Assembly (NCBI RefSeq): GCF_006345805.1
Contig: NC_043003.1
Coordinates: 48,484,001 to 48,548,000, forward strand
Length of the DNA: 64,000 nt
Reading direction: 5' to 3'
From: Octopus sinensis
Lineage: Eukaryota
A program made the position numbers and the translations under genes. Within the stretch, counting starts at the first letter, position 1. Each line of letters starts with the position of its first letter. Shown here piece after piece: positions 12,436 through 22,796 of this stretch. The notes beneath the pieces are model-generated. The model saw only the letters and a list, made by a program, of their open reading frames with translations, was not told where the DNA came from and ran no database searches.

Positions 12436-12836
12436 GTAGGGGTGGCTGTGTGGTAAGTAGCTTTCTTACGAACCACATAGTTCTGGGTTCAGTCTCACTG
12501 CATGGCACCTTGGGCAAGTGTCTTCTACTATAGTCTCGAGCCGACCAAAGCCTTGTGAATGGATTTGGTAGATGGAAACTGAAAGAAGCCCATCGTATAA
12601 ATATATCTATGTATGTATGTGTGTGTGTGTATACGTTTGTGTTTATGTGTTTGTCCCCCCAACATCGCTTGACAACTGATTCTGGTGTGTTTATGTCCCT
12701 GTAACTTAGCGGTTCAGAAAAAGAGACCGATAGAATAAGTACTAGGCTTACAAAGAATAAGTCCTGGGGTCGATTTGCTCGACTAAAGGCAGTACTCCAG
12801 CATGGCCACAGTCAAATGACTGAAACAAGTAAAAGA
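12436..12836 (+). mobile_element. SINE family A, full length
   Basis: A-box-like GTGGCTGTGTGG, B-box-like GGTTCAGTC, CCTTGGGCAAG, internal (TA/TG)n, tail GAAACAAGTAAAAGA. Confidence 0.9.
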
Positions 12837-13697
12837 GGGTGTCCTAGAAAAATTTACTCATGTTTAAAACTCTTCCTAAAGAACATCAGTTCAGGTAATA
12901 TAATCTACAATTTGCAAAAAGATTTGCATATGTCTTTTGCTCATGTGACTAGTATTTCATTCATCTATAACTTGAAAGCAAAACGTGACCAGGTTGTCAC
13001 TTTGTAAACGGTTGGAGTAAGCAACAAAGACATAACAAAACATTTGAATGTGTGTTGTAAAACAGTGTTCAGTTTGTTTATATACTATGAGCTGCTTCTA
13101 ATTCATATATGAATTTTTTTTTGTGGCATGAAACATTGGGACATGCCAGCAGATGGAGTTTAAACCATCTAGTATATAGTTGGTGATATGGCTTGCAGCG
13201 GGCCTTGTTCAGTATGCAGCTTCAATAAGTCAAAACAATGTTGAAACATCGATGCTTGTTGCTCTGTGGAGGGACCTGATGTGAGCTGTCTCGCTTGACT
13301 GTGACTTACTTTTAGGTGTTTTTTTACACCAGGTGCATAGAGAATATATTTTATATTTTCTTATGCCTAAAAATTGCAACTGACCCATGAACTAACAACA
13401 CACATAAATTGTGTATGTGTGTTCGATTCTGTATATATATATATTTTGCATATACATTATATCAGACCTTGATACTGTGTGGACTAAGGTCCCCATTGAC
13501 AGGCCGCTGGTATTTATAGAGTGTTAAACACTTTCGGTGTGCAAATTAGGGACTTCTTCATAGAGTTGGCTGTTTGATTCTCTGGAGACTGTCAGAATGA
13601 TGCAGATGCCTCTGGTGAGAACTGAATAAGGTTCAAAAAACAATTAAGGTTGTTTGTCATTTTTTCAGTCTGCAGAGAAATGTTACATATATATATA

Positions 13698-14027
13698 CTT
13701 TTTACTTACTTCAGTCATTAGACTGTGGCCATGCTGGGGTGCTGTCTTGAAGAACTTCTAGCCAAATGAATTGACCTTAATACTTTTTTTAATGGCTGGC
13801 ACTTATTCTATTAGCCTCTTTTACCAAACTGCTGAGTTACAGTGATATAAACATACCAACACCGGTAGTCAAGTGGTGGTGGGGAACAAACACACACACA
13901 CATAACTGTCAGACATCTTTCAGTTTCTGTCTACCAAATCCACTCACAAGGCTTTGGTGTGCTTGAGGATATAGTAGAAGACAATTTTCTCTAAGTGCCA
14001 CACAGTGGAACTGAACCCAGAACCATG
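13698..14027 (-). mobile_element. SINE family A
   Basis: Diverged family match. Confidence 0.8.
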
Positions 14028-14608
14028 TTTATATATATGTCAGTGTGTGTGTGCATGCGCGCGTGTGTGTGTGTGTAGATCTTTCATCAGTGCATCAAGT
14101 AAGAAACTGGCATGTTTGAACAAAAAATGCCTTGTGATATTTATTCCACCCCAGTTGCACAGACATCCCTGTCATTCTTATTATCAGAAATGCAGTGAAC
14201 CAGTGATTAGCTTGTCAGAAAACCTATAACCAATGCTGTTATTGTTCATAAAAACACATAATTTAAGTAAAGTAACAGAAAAATAATGTAAGCAGTTATG
14301 TAGGCCTTCTCCAGGTCCATAGGAAGAGTTCAGGCTGTAACACATTATTAAACATTTGATGTCTAACGACAGTTTAAAGATGATAAATGTTACTGAAAAA
14401 TGTACTTTTGATATAATTAAATTTTAACTGGAAACATTCATTAAAAATCATTCTTGTCCACTAAGCCACTGTCTTAAATACACTGACATAACCGTTATTT
14501 TAAACTCTGGGTGTCATTTTAAAGCTTCTCTGAGGTTTATGACAAATGTTGATAAAATTAAATTTCTGTTGGAGTTATGGTACATGAAAATAAGACTAAG
14601 GAAGATAA

Positions 14609-14700
14609 GACACCACCATCACCACTGCCACCACCACCACCACCACCTCCACCACCACCACCACCACCATGATGACGACGGCCATCACGACTACTACTAC
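14609..14700. repeat. (CAC/CAT/TAC)n microsatellite
   Basis: Visible. Confidence 0.9.
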
Positions 14701-14998
14701 CACAAGGAACCAATGAGGAAGTGTCATTGATCAACTGAAAGTAGCAATTAACCCTTCTTTGAAACACATTCTGCTGACCTGGGAAAGGAAATGACACAGA
14801 AAATAATGCAGTCATATATATGCTTCAAAAAGATGGGATGGTCATGGTTAGAATGCCTTTGATCGTAGGTCCACTTGAACAACTACTGTAACAGCATTAA
14901 TAATGATGACAATAATGTTAACAGTTTTGCAGTAGTTCTCTCTGAAGAATTTAAAAAGAAGAATAAGACAACTTTACATAAATGAGATTTGCACCTAC

Positions 14999-15108
14999 CT
15001 GAGAGGACCTATTAGAATCAGAACCCTTTGAACTGTTACTTAGAGCAAGTGTTGGCTTAGCTTTTTCTTTGCGGTGGATCAAGGACTGACTCCTTTTCAA
15101 TCTGCCAG
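14999..15108 (-). CDS. RAB11FIP1/2/5: Rab11-FIP post-C2 linker exon: (A)GRLKRSQSLIHRKEKAKPTLALSNSSKGSDSNRSSQ
   Basis: Long pyrimidine acceptor gtctctttttatctcttccactgtttgacag, donor CAG|gtaggt, 110 nt, phase 1-0. Open only in the phase required by the previous exon. Confidence 0.75.
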
Positions 15109-15206
15109 CTGTCAAACAGTGGAAGAGATAAAAAGAGACATTTCAAAATAATTTTTATAGAAATCGTTATTATCATCTATTATTGCAATTATTATTATTA
15201 TTGATA

Positions 15207-15420
15207 ATGTAGCGAGCTGGCAGAATTGTTAGCACGCTGGATGAAATGCTTAGCTGTATTTTTCCTGTCACTACGTTCTGAGTTCAAATTCTGCTGAGGT
15301 TGACTTTACCTTTCATCCTTTCAGGGTCAATAGAATAAGTACCAGTTGAACACTGGGTCGATGTAATCAACCCATCTCCTCCCCCAAAATTGCTGCCCTT
15401 GTGACAAAATTTAAAACCAT
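15207..15420 (+). mobile_element. SINE family B
   Basis: GCGAGCTGGCAGAA head and body; ends in (ATT)n. Confidence 0.85.
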
Positions 15421-15434
15421 TATTATTATTATTA

Positions 15435-15810
15435 TTGATTTGATTCAGGTTTGTTCTTATTTCTTGTAAAATTTATGTGGGTAGCAGGTTACTAACTCTA
15501 ACCTTAGGTATCCACAACCTTTCAATAGTCTTTCAAGTGCTTAATACCCTCCTGATAATCTTTCCTGTCCCTAAGAGGTAAACTTTCTGTAGAAGCTCTT
15601 CAGGACATTCTACTCCAATTGCCTTCAACTATTGGGATATGTCTTTACTTACAGTTCCCAATGCACCAATTATTACAAACACAACCTTTACAGTTTTCAT
15701 ACTCCAAATTCTTGCAATTTCAAATTTTAAGGGATTATATATATATATTTTTTCGTTTTTCATCCTCTTTCTTTACAATCCTGGAAGCAAATGGGCATGA
15801 TGGATAAATC
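15435..15810 (-). mobile_element. 3' end of a restriction-like-endonuclease non-LTR retrotransposon (R4/Dong-type), copy 1
   Basis: Minus-strand translation PLKFEIARIWSMKTVKVVFVIIGALGTV...ECPEELLQKVYLLGTGKIIRRVLST*, then (AAT)n tail. Confidence 0.8.
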
Positions 15811-15815
15811 ATTAT

Positions 15816-16060
15816 TATTGATTTGACTCGGGTTTGGTCTAAATTCCGGATAGAATTTATGAAGGTAGTGGGTTATTACATGTAACTTAAGGTATTTACT
15901 AGCTTTCAATAGTCTTTCAAGTGCTTAGAACCCTTCCTGATAACCTTTCCTGTACCTAAGAGGCAAACTTTCTGTAGGAGTTCTACAGGACATTCTATTC
16001 CAACTTCCTTCAACCATTTGTTTATACACTTGTTTATAGTTTCCAATGCACCAATTATTA
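15816..16060 (-). mobile_element. R4/Dong-type 3' end, copy 2 (more 5'-truncated)
   Basis: IIGALETINKCINKWLKEVGIECPVELLQKVCLLGTGKVIRK; aligns with copy 1; bounded by ATT repeats. Confidence 0.8.
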
Positions 16061-16439
16061 CAGTTTATTATTATTATTATTATTATTATTGTTATTATTA
16101 TTATTATTGTTATTGTTGTTGTTATTATTTGTGTTGCTGTTGATTTGCTTCATATGAGCTGTTCCAAGTCTTACTCAGAGACCTCAAGTAACAGCAAGCT
16201 GAACATTTTACTATGAATGTTATTTATAATTAGCAATGATATACTGTACAGGAAGGAGACCAGAATCTGAGAACTAAGACTGTTAAATTTGTAATATTTC
16301 AGTTTTAAACAAGTTTTAAGAGAATCACATACTTTCAGGTTGACTCTGTTTTCCTTGGGATGTGGGTAGTACCCATGTAAACAATATTTTAATAGAAAGG
16401 ATTGTTATTATTATTATTATTATTATCATCATTATTATT

Positions 16440-16953
16440 GGGTGAGAGAGCAGTGCATGCCATCAAAGTGACACTGGGGTAAAATATACGAAGCCCAGTA
16501 TACCTGTTATGACTATCTGTCTGATAAGGGTACACCAGGCACATGGTGATCTCATATCAAGATAAACAGGTGGGGCCCAGTTAGAATTTCCTTCAGGTTG
16601 ATTAGCCCATCCCACTCAAATAGTCCTTGATTAAGTGTTGTTTAAGGATGTTGAATGATTCACACATGCTTTCAGAGGTGAATTATTCAAACTCCAAAGA
16701 ATTCCTCGCAACACATGGCTATGATGCTCCCCCACTACTTCTGCTCCTGATCAAAGATGCACATATCGTCAGCCACCAAGGGACATGCTCAACTGGTTAA
16801 GGTCACACAACTAACAAGCAAATCTGTGGTATTGAGCAGAGTATTTGCTGTAGCCCATCTTTTATACCAAGACAAAACAATGTACATGATAACACTTCCA
16901 ATCAGTTAAGATCAGAATCCATGAGAGCCACTGCATGGTAACAGCATCAGGGC

Positions 16954-16957
<4 letters not shown>
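16440..16957 (-). mobile_element. Unclassified 520-bp dispersed repeat embedded in (ATT)n, copy 1
   Basis: Aligns with 17676-18207 and the inverted partial copy 19458-19677; ATT arrays on both sides; no ORF. Confidence 0.8.
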
Positions 16958-16995
<38 letters not shown>

Positions 16996-17119
16996 TATTA
17001 CTATTATTATTGTTATTATTATTATAAGTGTATTGGTAGAATTATTTAAGAGTAGGACAAAATACCTTTCAGTAATTAGTTATGGTTCTTTATGTTCTCA
17101 AGTCAACTTAGCTTTTCAT

Positions 17120-17480
17120 CTTTCAAGACCCAGGAGGGATCAAGAGGGATCACAAGGCCTTTGGGAGTCATTAGATGAGGGTGCTGAGACAAAGGGTATT
17201 AGACTGATGATGGAGGACAAAAGTCTAGTTGCTATGCATGTGGTGGTAAAAACCACCTGAGTGCCTTTTTGTCCTGAAGAATTGAAAGGCTAGGAAAGCA
17301 GCAGAGAGTAGCTGAGGCAGCAAGATCAGCAGGCCTAAGTTTCCAGAGTACCATCAGTCACAGCTGAAAAACTAGCAGACAAGGTCAACTCATGTTCACT
17401 CCTGGAAACAAATGAGTAGATACTCTATTCTTTGACTGTAGTCACTAGTAACATGATCCCATCGTCTTGTAATGAGCAGG
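17120..17480 (-). mobile_element. Possible old L2/Jockey-group LINE 3' relic
   Basis: Frameshifted resemblance only (LPP...TRLLSS...PF). Confidence 0.3.
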
Positions 17481-17675
17481 AGGAGATGCAGAAGGACTGA
17501 GAAGAAAAATAAAAACTATCACTGAAAATATAAGAGGTAAAATAAAAGAAGTTTCAAGAAAAAAAAAGAATGAACACCAATAATAGGTGATAAAAAGTGT
17601 AAGGAACAATGTGCCTTTGGGTGCACCAGAACACTACAAGGAATGGTGGAAGGACAGTTATGAGATGCCTGTTTT

Positions 17676-18207
17676 CATAACATTAAAGTGACGCTGGGAT
17701 ACAAATATACAAAGCCCAATATACCCATCATGACTACCCATCTGATAACGGTACACCAGGCACATGCATCACAACCATGTATGTGAATGGTGATCTCATC
17801 AAGATAAACAGCACATGACCTTGCAGGTGGGGCCAGTTAGAATTTGCCTCAGGTTGAGTAGCCCATCCTGCTCAAAAAGTCTCTGAATAAGGTTTGTTTA
17901 AAGATAGTGAATAAAAAAAAAAGCACCCATGTTTCCAGAGGCAAATTATTCAGACTCCAAAGAATTTCTTTCAGCACATGGCAGTGATGCTCCCCCACTA
18001 CTCCTGCTCAGAGATGAACATATCATCAGCCACCAAGGGACATGCTCAACTGGTTAAGGTCACACAACTAACAAGCAAATCTGTGGTACTGAGCAGAATA
18101 TTTGCTGTAGCCCATCTTTTATACCAAGACGAAACATGTACATGATAACACTTCCAATCATTTAAGATGAGAAGCCATGGGAGCCACTGCCTGGTACTGC
18201 ATCAGAA
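17676..18207 (-). mobile_element. Unclassified 520-bp repeat, copy 2
   Basis: Colinear with 16440-16957. Confidence 0.8.
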
Positions 18208-18549
18208 TCATTATTATTGTTATTATTATAGGTGGTGAGCTGGCAGAATGTCAGCACACCAAACAAAATGCTTAGTGGCATTTCTCCAGATTCTAGATTC
18301 TGAGCTTAAATCCTGTGTTGCGATCAACTTTACCATTCATCCTTTTGTGGTTGACAAATGAAAGTACCAATCAAGTACTCAGGGTCAATATAATTTACCT
18401 ATCTACTTCCCTCAAAATGGCTGAACTTGTACTAAAATTAGAAAGAATTATTATTATTATTATTATTATTATTGAGCTGGGAGAGTAGTTAGTGCATTGG
18501 ACAAAATGCCATGTAGTATTTCTTCCAGCTCTTTAAGTTCTTCCTTTAA

Positions 18550-18770
18550 CCCTTTCGTTACCAACCCGGCTGAAACCGGCTCTGGCTCTGTAGTACAAAT
18601 GTCTTGTTTTCATAAGTTTTTAATTTACATCTTCCACCAAACCTTAGTCACAAATACTGTTCCTAACACTAGCATAATGATAACTAAGTTATTTTACTAA
18701 ATTCTTTGTTATATTTAAAATAATTGGGAGAAACACAGATCATCTCAAAATAAATACAGTAACGAAAGGG
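18550..18770. mobile_element. piggyBac-like MITE family P1
   Basis: TTAA TSD both sides; perfect TIR CCCTTTCGTTAC / GTAACGAAAGGG. Confidence 0.9.
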
Positions 18771-18923
18771 TTAAATCTCACCAAAGTCATCTTTGCCTTC
18801 CATACTTTTGTGGAGGTCAGTAAAATCAAGTACCAATCAAATACTGAGGTTGATGACACAAACAACCACTCCCTTAAAACTGCTGGCTTTGTGCCTAAAT
18901 CTCAAAATAATAACAACAATAAT

Positions 18924-19055
18924 AATCCTACATTATTTACATTCGACAGATATTTGTCCTCATCTTGTTTGTTGTAAACACAATGTTGCAGCTGATATAC
19001 CCCCCACCCCGTCTTCTTCAGGTGTCTTGGGGAAATTTTGAACCTGGGTTCTTAA
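18924..19055 (-). mobile_element. Penelope-type terminal fragment with degenerate hammerhead (18978-19025)
   Basis: Minus strand ACAC CTGAAGA A ... CAGCT GCAAC ATT GTGT. Confidence 0.5.
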
Positions 19056-19080
19056 ATATAGAACTGGAATAATAATCCTT

Positions 19081-19288
19081 TCTATTAAGGGCACAAGGCC
19101 TGAAATTTGGGTGAAGGGACTAGTTGATTACAATGACTCCAGTATTTCATTGGTACTTAATTTATCGACCCCCAAAAAGGATGGAAGGCAAAGTTGACCT
19201 CAGCAGAATTTGAACTCAGAACATAATGGCAGACAAAATACTGCTAAGCGTTTTGCCCAGCATGCTAATGATTCTACTAGCTTGCTGC
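19081..19288 (-). mobile_element. SINE family B
   Basis: Family match. Confidence 0.8.
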
Positions 19289-19289
19289 C

Positions 19290-19457
19290 TTAATAATAAT
19301 AATAATAATGATAATAATAATAATAATGATGATAATGATAATAATAATGATAATAATAATAATAATGATAATGATAATAATAATAATGATAATGATGATG
19401 ATAATGATTATAATAATAATGATAATAATAATAATAATGATGATAATAATAATGATG
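19290..19457. repeat. (AAT/GAT)n array
   Basis: Visible; source of the poly-Asn ORF 19226-19537. Confidence 0.95.
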
Positions 19458-19677
19458 AGCGGGATGGGCTACTCAACCTGAAGAAAATTCTAACTGGGCC
19501 CCACCTGCAAGGTCATGTGCTGTTTATCTTGATATGAGATCACCATGTTGCGCACATTTGGTTGTGATGCATGTGCCTGGTGTACTCTTATCAGACGGGT
19601 AGTCATGATGGGTATATTGGGCTTAGTATACTTTAACCCCAGTGTCACTTTGATGGCATGAACTGCTCTCTCACTCA
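19458..19677 (+). mobile_element. Unclassified ATT-embedded repeat, 5'-truncated copy 3
   Basis: Reverse complement of part of 16440-16957; ends CTCTCACTC(AAT)n. Confidence 0.8.
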
Positions 19678-19897
19678 ATAATAATAATAATGATGATAAT
19701 AATAATAATGATGATAATAATAATAATAATGATGATGATAATATTAACAGCAGGTAGCAAGCTTGCTAAGCATGTAAGACTTGAGGAGTTGCAAAAAAAC
19801 CCGAGATACAAAGAAATGATAATAATAATAATTTAATAATTGATTTCTAACACGGGCACATAATAAAGTAAAAAAAGAAAGCAAAAATGTAACGTAC

Positions 19898-20061
19898 CCA
19901 CTGTGGTGGCTAAGTGTCTTAAAGAACCAGTGTATGACCTTCTCTGTAATACTGGAAAATCCTCATCTTTTTTTACCATGTGAAAATTTAAACATACTTC
20001 CAGTTCTCCCTGGTCCTTGACAATACCATTTTTCTTTGCTTTACTTTTCAAAGTGACCCAA
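19898..20061 (-). CDS. RAB11FIP1/2/5: Class I Rab11-FIP, end of C2 domain: WVTLKSKAKKNGIVKDQGELEVCLNFHMVKKDEDFPVLQRRSYTGSLRHLATTV
   Basis: Acceptor atattctttcag, donor GG|gtacgt, 164 nt, phase 2-1. W..L.SK......GE(I/L).V motif closing the C2 domain; overlaps track ORF 19833-20051. Confidence 0.88.
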
Positions 20062-20427
20062 CTGAAAGAATATAGTGTAGCGTAAACATTAAATCAAAGA
20101 CTGACTAATTTTAACACAATAATGTAGTAGTGTCTTTCTAAAGTAGCTCCAGTAAACTCTGGCTGAGTATACCAAAAGCAAAGAATAAATAAATATATAA
20201 GAATACATAACCATATGAATTCAGTCTCTTTCTGTGAAATTATGACCCATGAGAGATTTATCAATAGCTTGAGTTGAAGATCAAACCAAATGGTTTTATA
20301 GTTATATTTTGTTGTTACAATACTTGCTGACCTCACAAGTGCTGGTGTCATATAAAAAAAAATGCACCCAGTACACTCTGTGATATGGTTGGCATTAGCA
20401 AAGATATCCTGGTATAAAAACCATATC

Positions 20428-20638
20428 CTTTTCTACTCTAGGCACAAGGCCCGAAATGTTTTGGGTGGGGGCCAGTTGATTAGATTGACCCCAGTATGCA
20501 ACTGGAGCTTAATTTATCGACCCCAAAAGGATGAAAGGCAAAGTCGACCTCGGCGGAATTTGAACTCAGAACGTAAAGACAGACGAAATATCGCTTAGCG
20601 TTTTGCCCGGCGTGCTAACGTTTCTGCCAGCTCACCAC
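20428..20638 (-). mobile_element. SINE family B, young (CpG-rich)
   Basis: Near-consensus head and body. Confidence 0.9.
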
Positions 20639-20726
20639 CTTAGCAGATAAGAGAGCATGATGCAAACCTTGGACTCATTGGATCCTGTCAAGCCAGCCAA
20701 CCGATGCCAGCATGGTACATGCATAT

Positions 20727-20960
20727 TTGTGGAGGCATGTGGCTTAGTGGGTAGGGTGTTGGACTCATAATCGTAAGATTGTGGCTTTGATTCCTGGACT
20801 GGGCAATGCATTACATTCTTGAGCAAAACACTTCATTTCACATTGCTCCAGTCCACTCAGCTGGTAAAAATAAATAATCCTGTAACAGATTGGCGTTCCA
20901 TTCTGGTGAGGAATTTGTCGTAGAAACCAGGAAACCAGCCCCTATGAATTGGTATGACAC
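20727..20960 (+). mobile_element. SINE family C (GTGGAGGCATGTGGCTTAGTGG head)
   Basis: A/B-box-like head, CTTGAGCAAAACACTT...TTGCTCCAGTCCACTCAGC body. Confidence 0.75.
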
Positions 20961-21117
20961 GAGAAGGTAACTTTTACCTTTGCATGCATGCTTAAATGGT
21001 GATGATACAATGCAGTGTAATAATCAAGTATATGTTGGTTGCATAGTCACTCTATATAACTAACAATTACTGTGACAGATGCTGTTTAGTAAGTAGGTAA
21101 AATCAGATATATTTTAA

Positions 21118-21339
21118 CCCTTTTCTATTCAAATTATTTTATCAAATGTAATGTTTGTTTATTTATATTGCTCTGAATTAATCATTCATTATCTTGTAGC
21201 TTTGAGATTTCAATGATGTGTTTATTTTTAGTGTTAGAATGACATTGTAGGGTTGAGGTGAGAAGCCAGATCTGGTCAGGTTCAACATAAAACAAGTTTA
21301 ATATTTTGGCATGATATGGCCAGTTTGAATGCTAAAGGG
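21118..21339. mobile_element. piggyBac-like MITE family P2
   Basis: TTAA|CCCTTT ... GAATGCTAAAGGG|TTAA; relatives at 22594-22796, 36723-36939, 51615-51806, partial at 29943. Confidence 0.8.
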
Positions 21340-21675
21340 TTAATTAATTAACAAATGAAAATTATTTTTAAATAACTGTAAATCTATAAACTGTATATAT
21401 TTTCAGACACTGCTTTGAGTAGTTGTATTTAGCAAAATATATTACCATTACTAGCATCTAACATTGGAATGATTTGATTGGGCATGGCTGTTTGGGTCTT
21501 GGTGATTTGGCATGGCTAACTGGACATTGAACCTGTTTTGGTGACATTACATTTTGGAGACAAACATACACACATGTACATATGCACAGAAATATATACA
21601 TACAGAGAGAGAGAGAGATTACAATTTATTAATTGAACATGATTGATATAAACACAGAAATATGTTCACACACAT

Positions 21676-21679
<4 letters not shown>

Positions 21680-21753
<74 letters not shown>
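21680..21753. repeat. (GA)n microsatellite
   Basis: Visible. Confidence 0.95.
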
Positions 21754-21758
<5 letters not shown>

Positions 21759-21991
21759 CCTTAAAGCATCTGATGTCAAATAAGTTAGCATTGAATCACT
21801 GAAGCCAAATAGGAACTTCAAAACAGCTGAACCAAAACATTTTATACCCACATCTAACATTCAAATAAACTTGTCCACCAAACTGAAAATAGGTTTTAGT
21901 TGTTTAGACACAAGTATGTCCTGACAGGGCAGACTTATGATGAAAAGAGTTCCAACCACAGCCATTCAGTACTTTTGTATATCTAAAACTA

Positions 21992-22557
21992 TTGGGTTGT
22001 CTGGAAAGTTCATGCCGATTTATAGTATCTTACCTTTCAACTTATTTTAGAACATGGTTGAGTCCATAAAATAGGATTTGTCTACACCTCCATTTAGAGC
22101 ACATTTTAAGCTATCTTTTCATGGAAGAAGGTTTATGTTCCTATAACCTGTGTTAATTCTGTAACCTTTAAAATGGAAGATAAGAAAGTTCATTTTCAGC
22201 ACTTGATGTTTTGGGAACTAGACAAAAATTGCTGCAGCTCGGCTGGGGTGTGTTACCCCACCCTCCATATTCACCAGATATTGCTCCTTTGTCTTTCCAC
22301 TTATTCAGGTCTCTGCAGAATAGTCTTAATTGTAAAAATTTCAATTCCTTGGATGACGTAAAAAGATACTGCGATAAATTCTTTGCCATGAAACCACCTC
22401 AATTCTGGGAAGGGGGTATTTTCAAGTTAAAGGAAAGCTGGAGATGCATTGTGCAACAAAATGGTTCATATTTGGTTGATTAAAAAATGTAATGGCAAGT
22501 ATTTATTGACCTTTTTCTTTCCTTTAAAAATCGGCACAAACTTTCTGGACAACCCAA
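21992..22557 (+). mobile_element. Internally deleted mariner with both TIRs and TA TSD
   Basis: TA|TTGGGTTGTCTGGAAAGTTCATGCCGATTT ... AAATCGGCACAAACTTTCTGGACAACCCAA|TA. N-terminal MEDKKVHFQHLM joined to C-terminal LGWGVLPHPPYSPDIAP. Confidence 0.92.
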
Positions 22558-22593
22558 TACATTGTCCAAATCAATAAGTAAGGTGTAATTTAA

Positions 22594-22796
22594 ACTCTTT
22601 AGCATTTCAACTGGCTATATCTAGCCAAAATATTCTAGCTGTTTTATATTCATAACAGCCTTACATGCCTACCCTAGAATGCCATTCTAAAAAATAAATA
22701 CCCACATCATTGAAGCTATGAAATAATTCAGGATTTATTCAAAACAATCTGAATAAATTAGCATTACATTTGACAGAATAATCTGAATGCTAAGGG
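22594..22796. mobile_element. MITE family P2 (opposite orientation)
   Basis: Reverse complement match to 36723-36939. Confidence 0.7.

Noticed and set aside
12436-12520. tRNA genes at SINE heads (also 36255, 49235, 63730)
   Set aside because: A/B-box-like motifs only, no full cloverleaf seen; each continues into a multicopy SINE body.
13460-13669. Unique sequence with acceptor aacatttctctgcag
   Set aside because: Stops in all three frames; no consistent exon.
14701-14778. Exon-like segment with strong acceptor (ttttctgtgtcatttcctttcccag)
   Set aside because: In phase 0, required after the 14999 donor, it stops after VSRMCFKEGLIATFS; the open phase needs two weak donors. May be an alternative terminal exon but unsupported.
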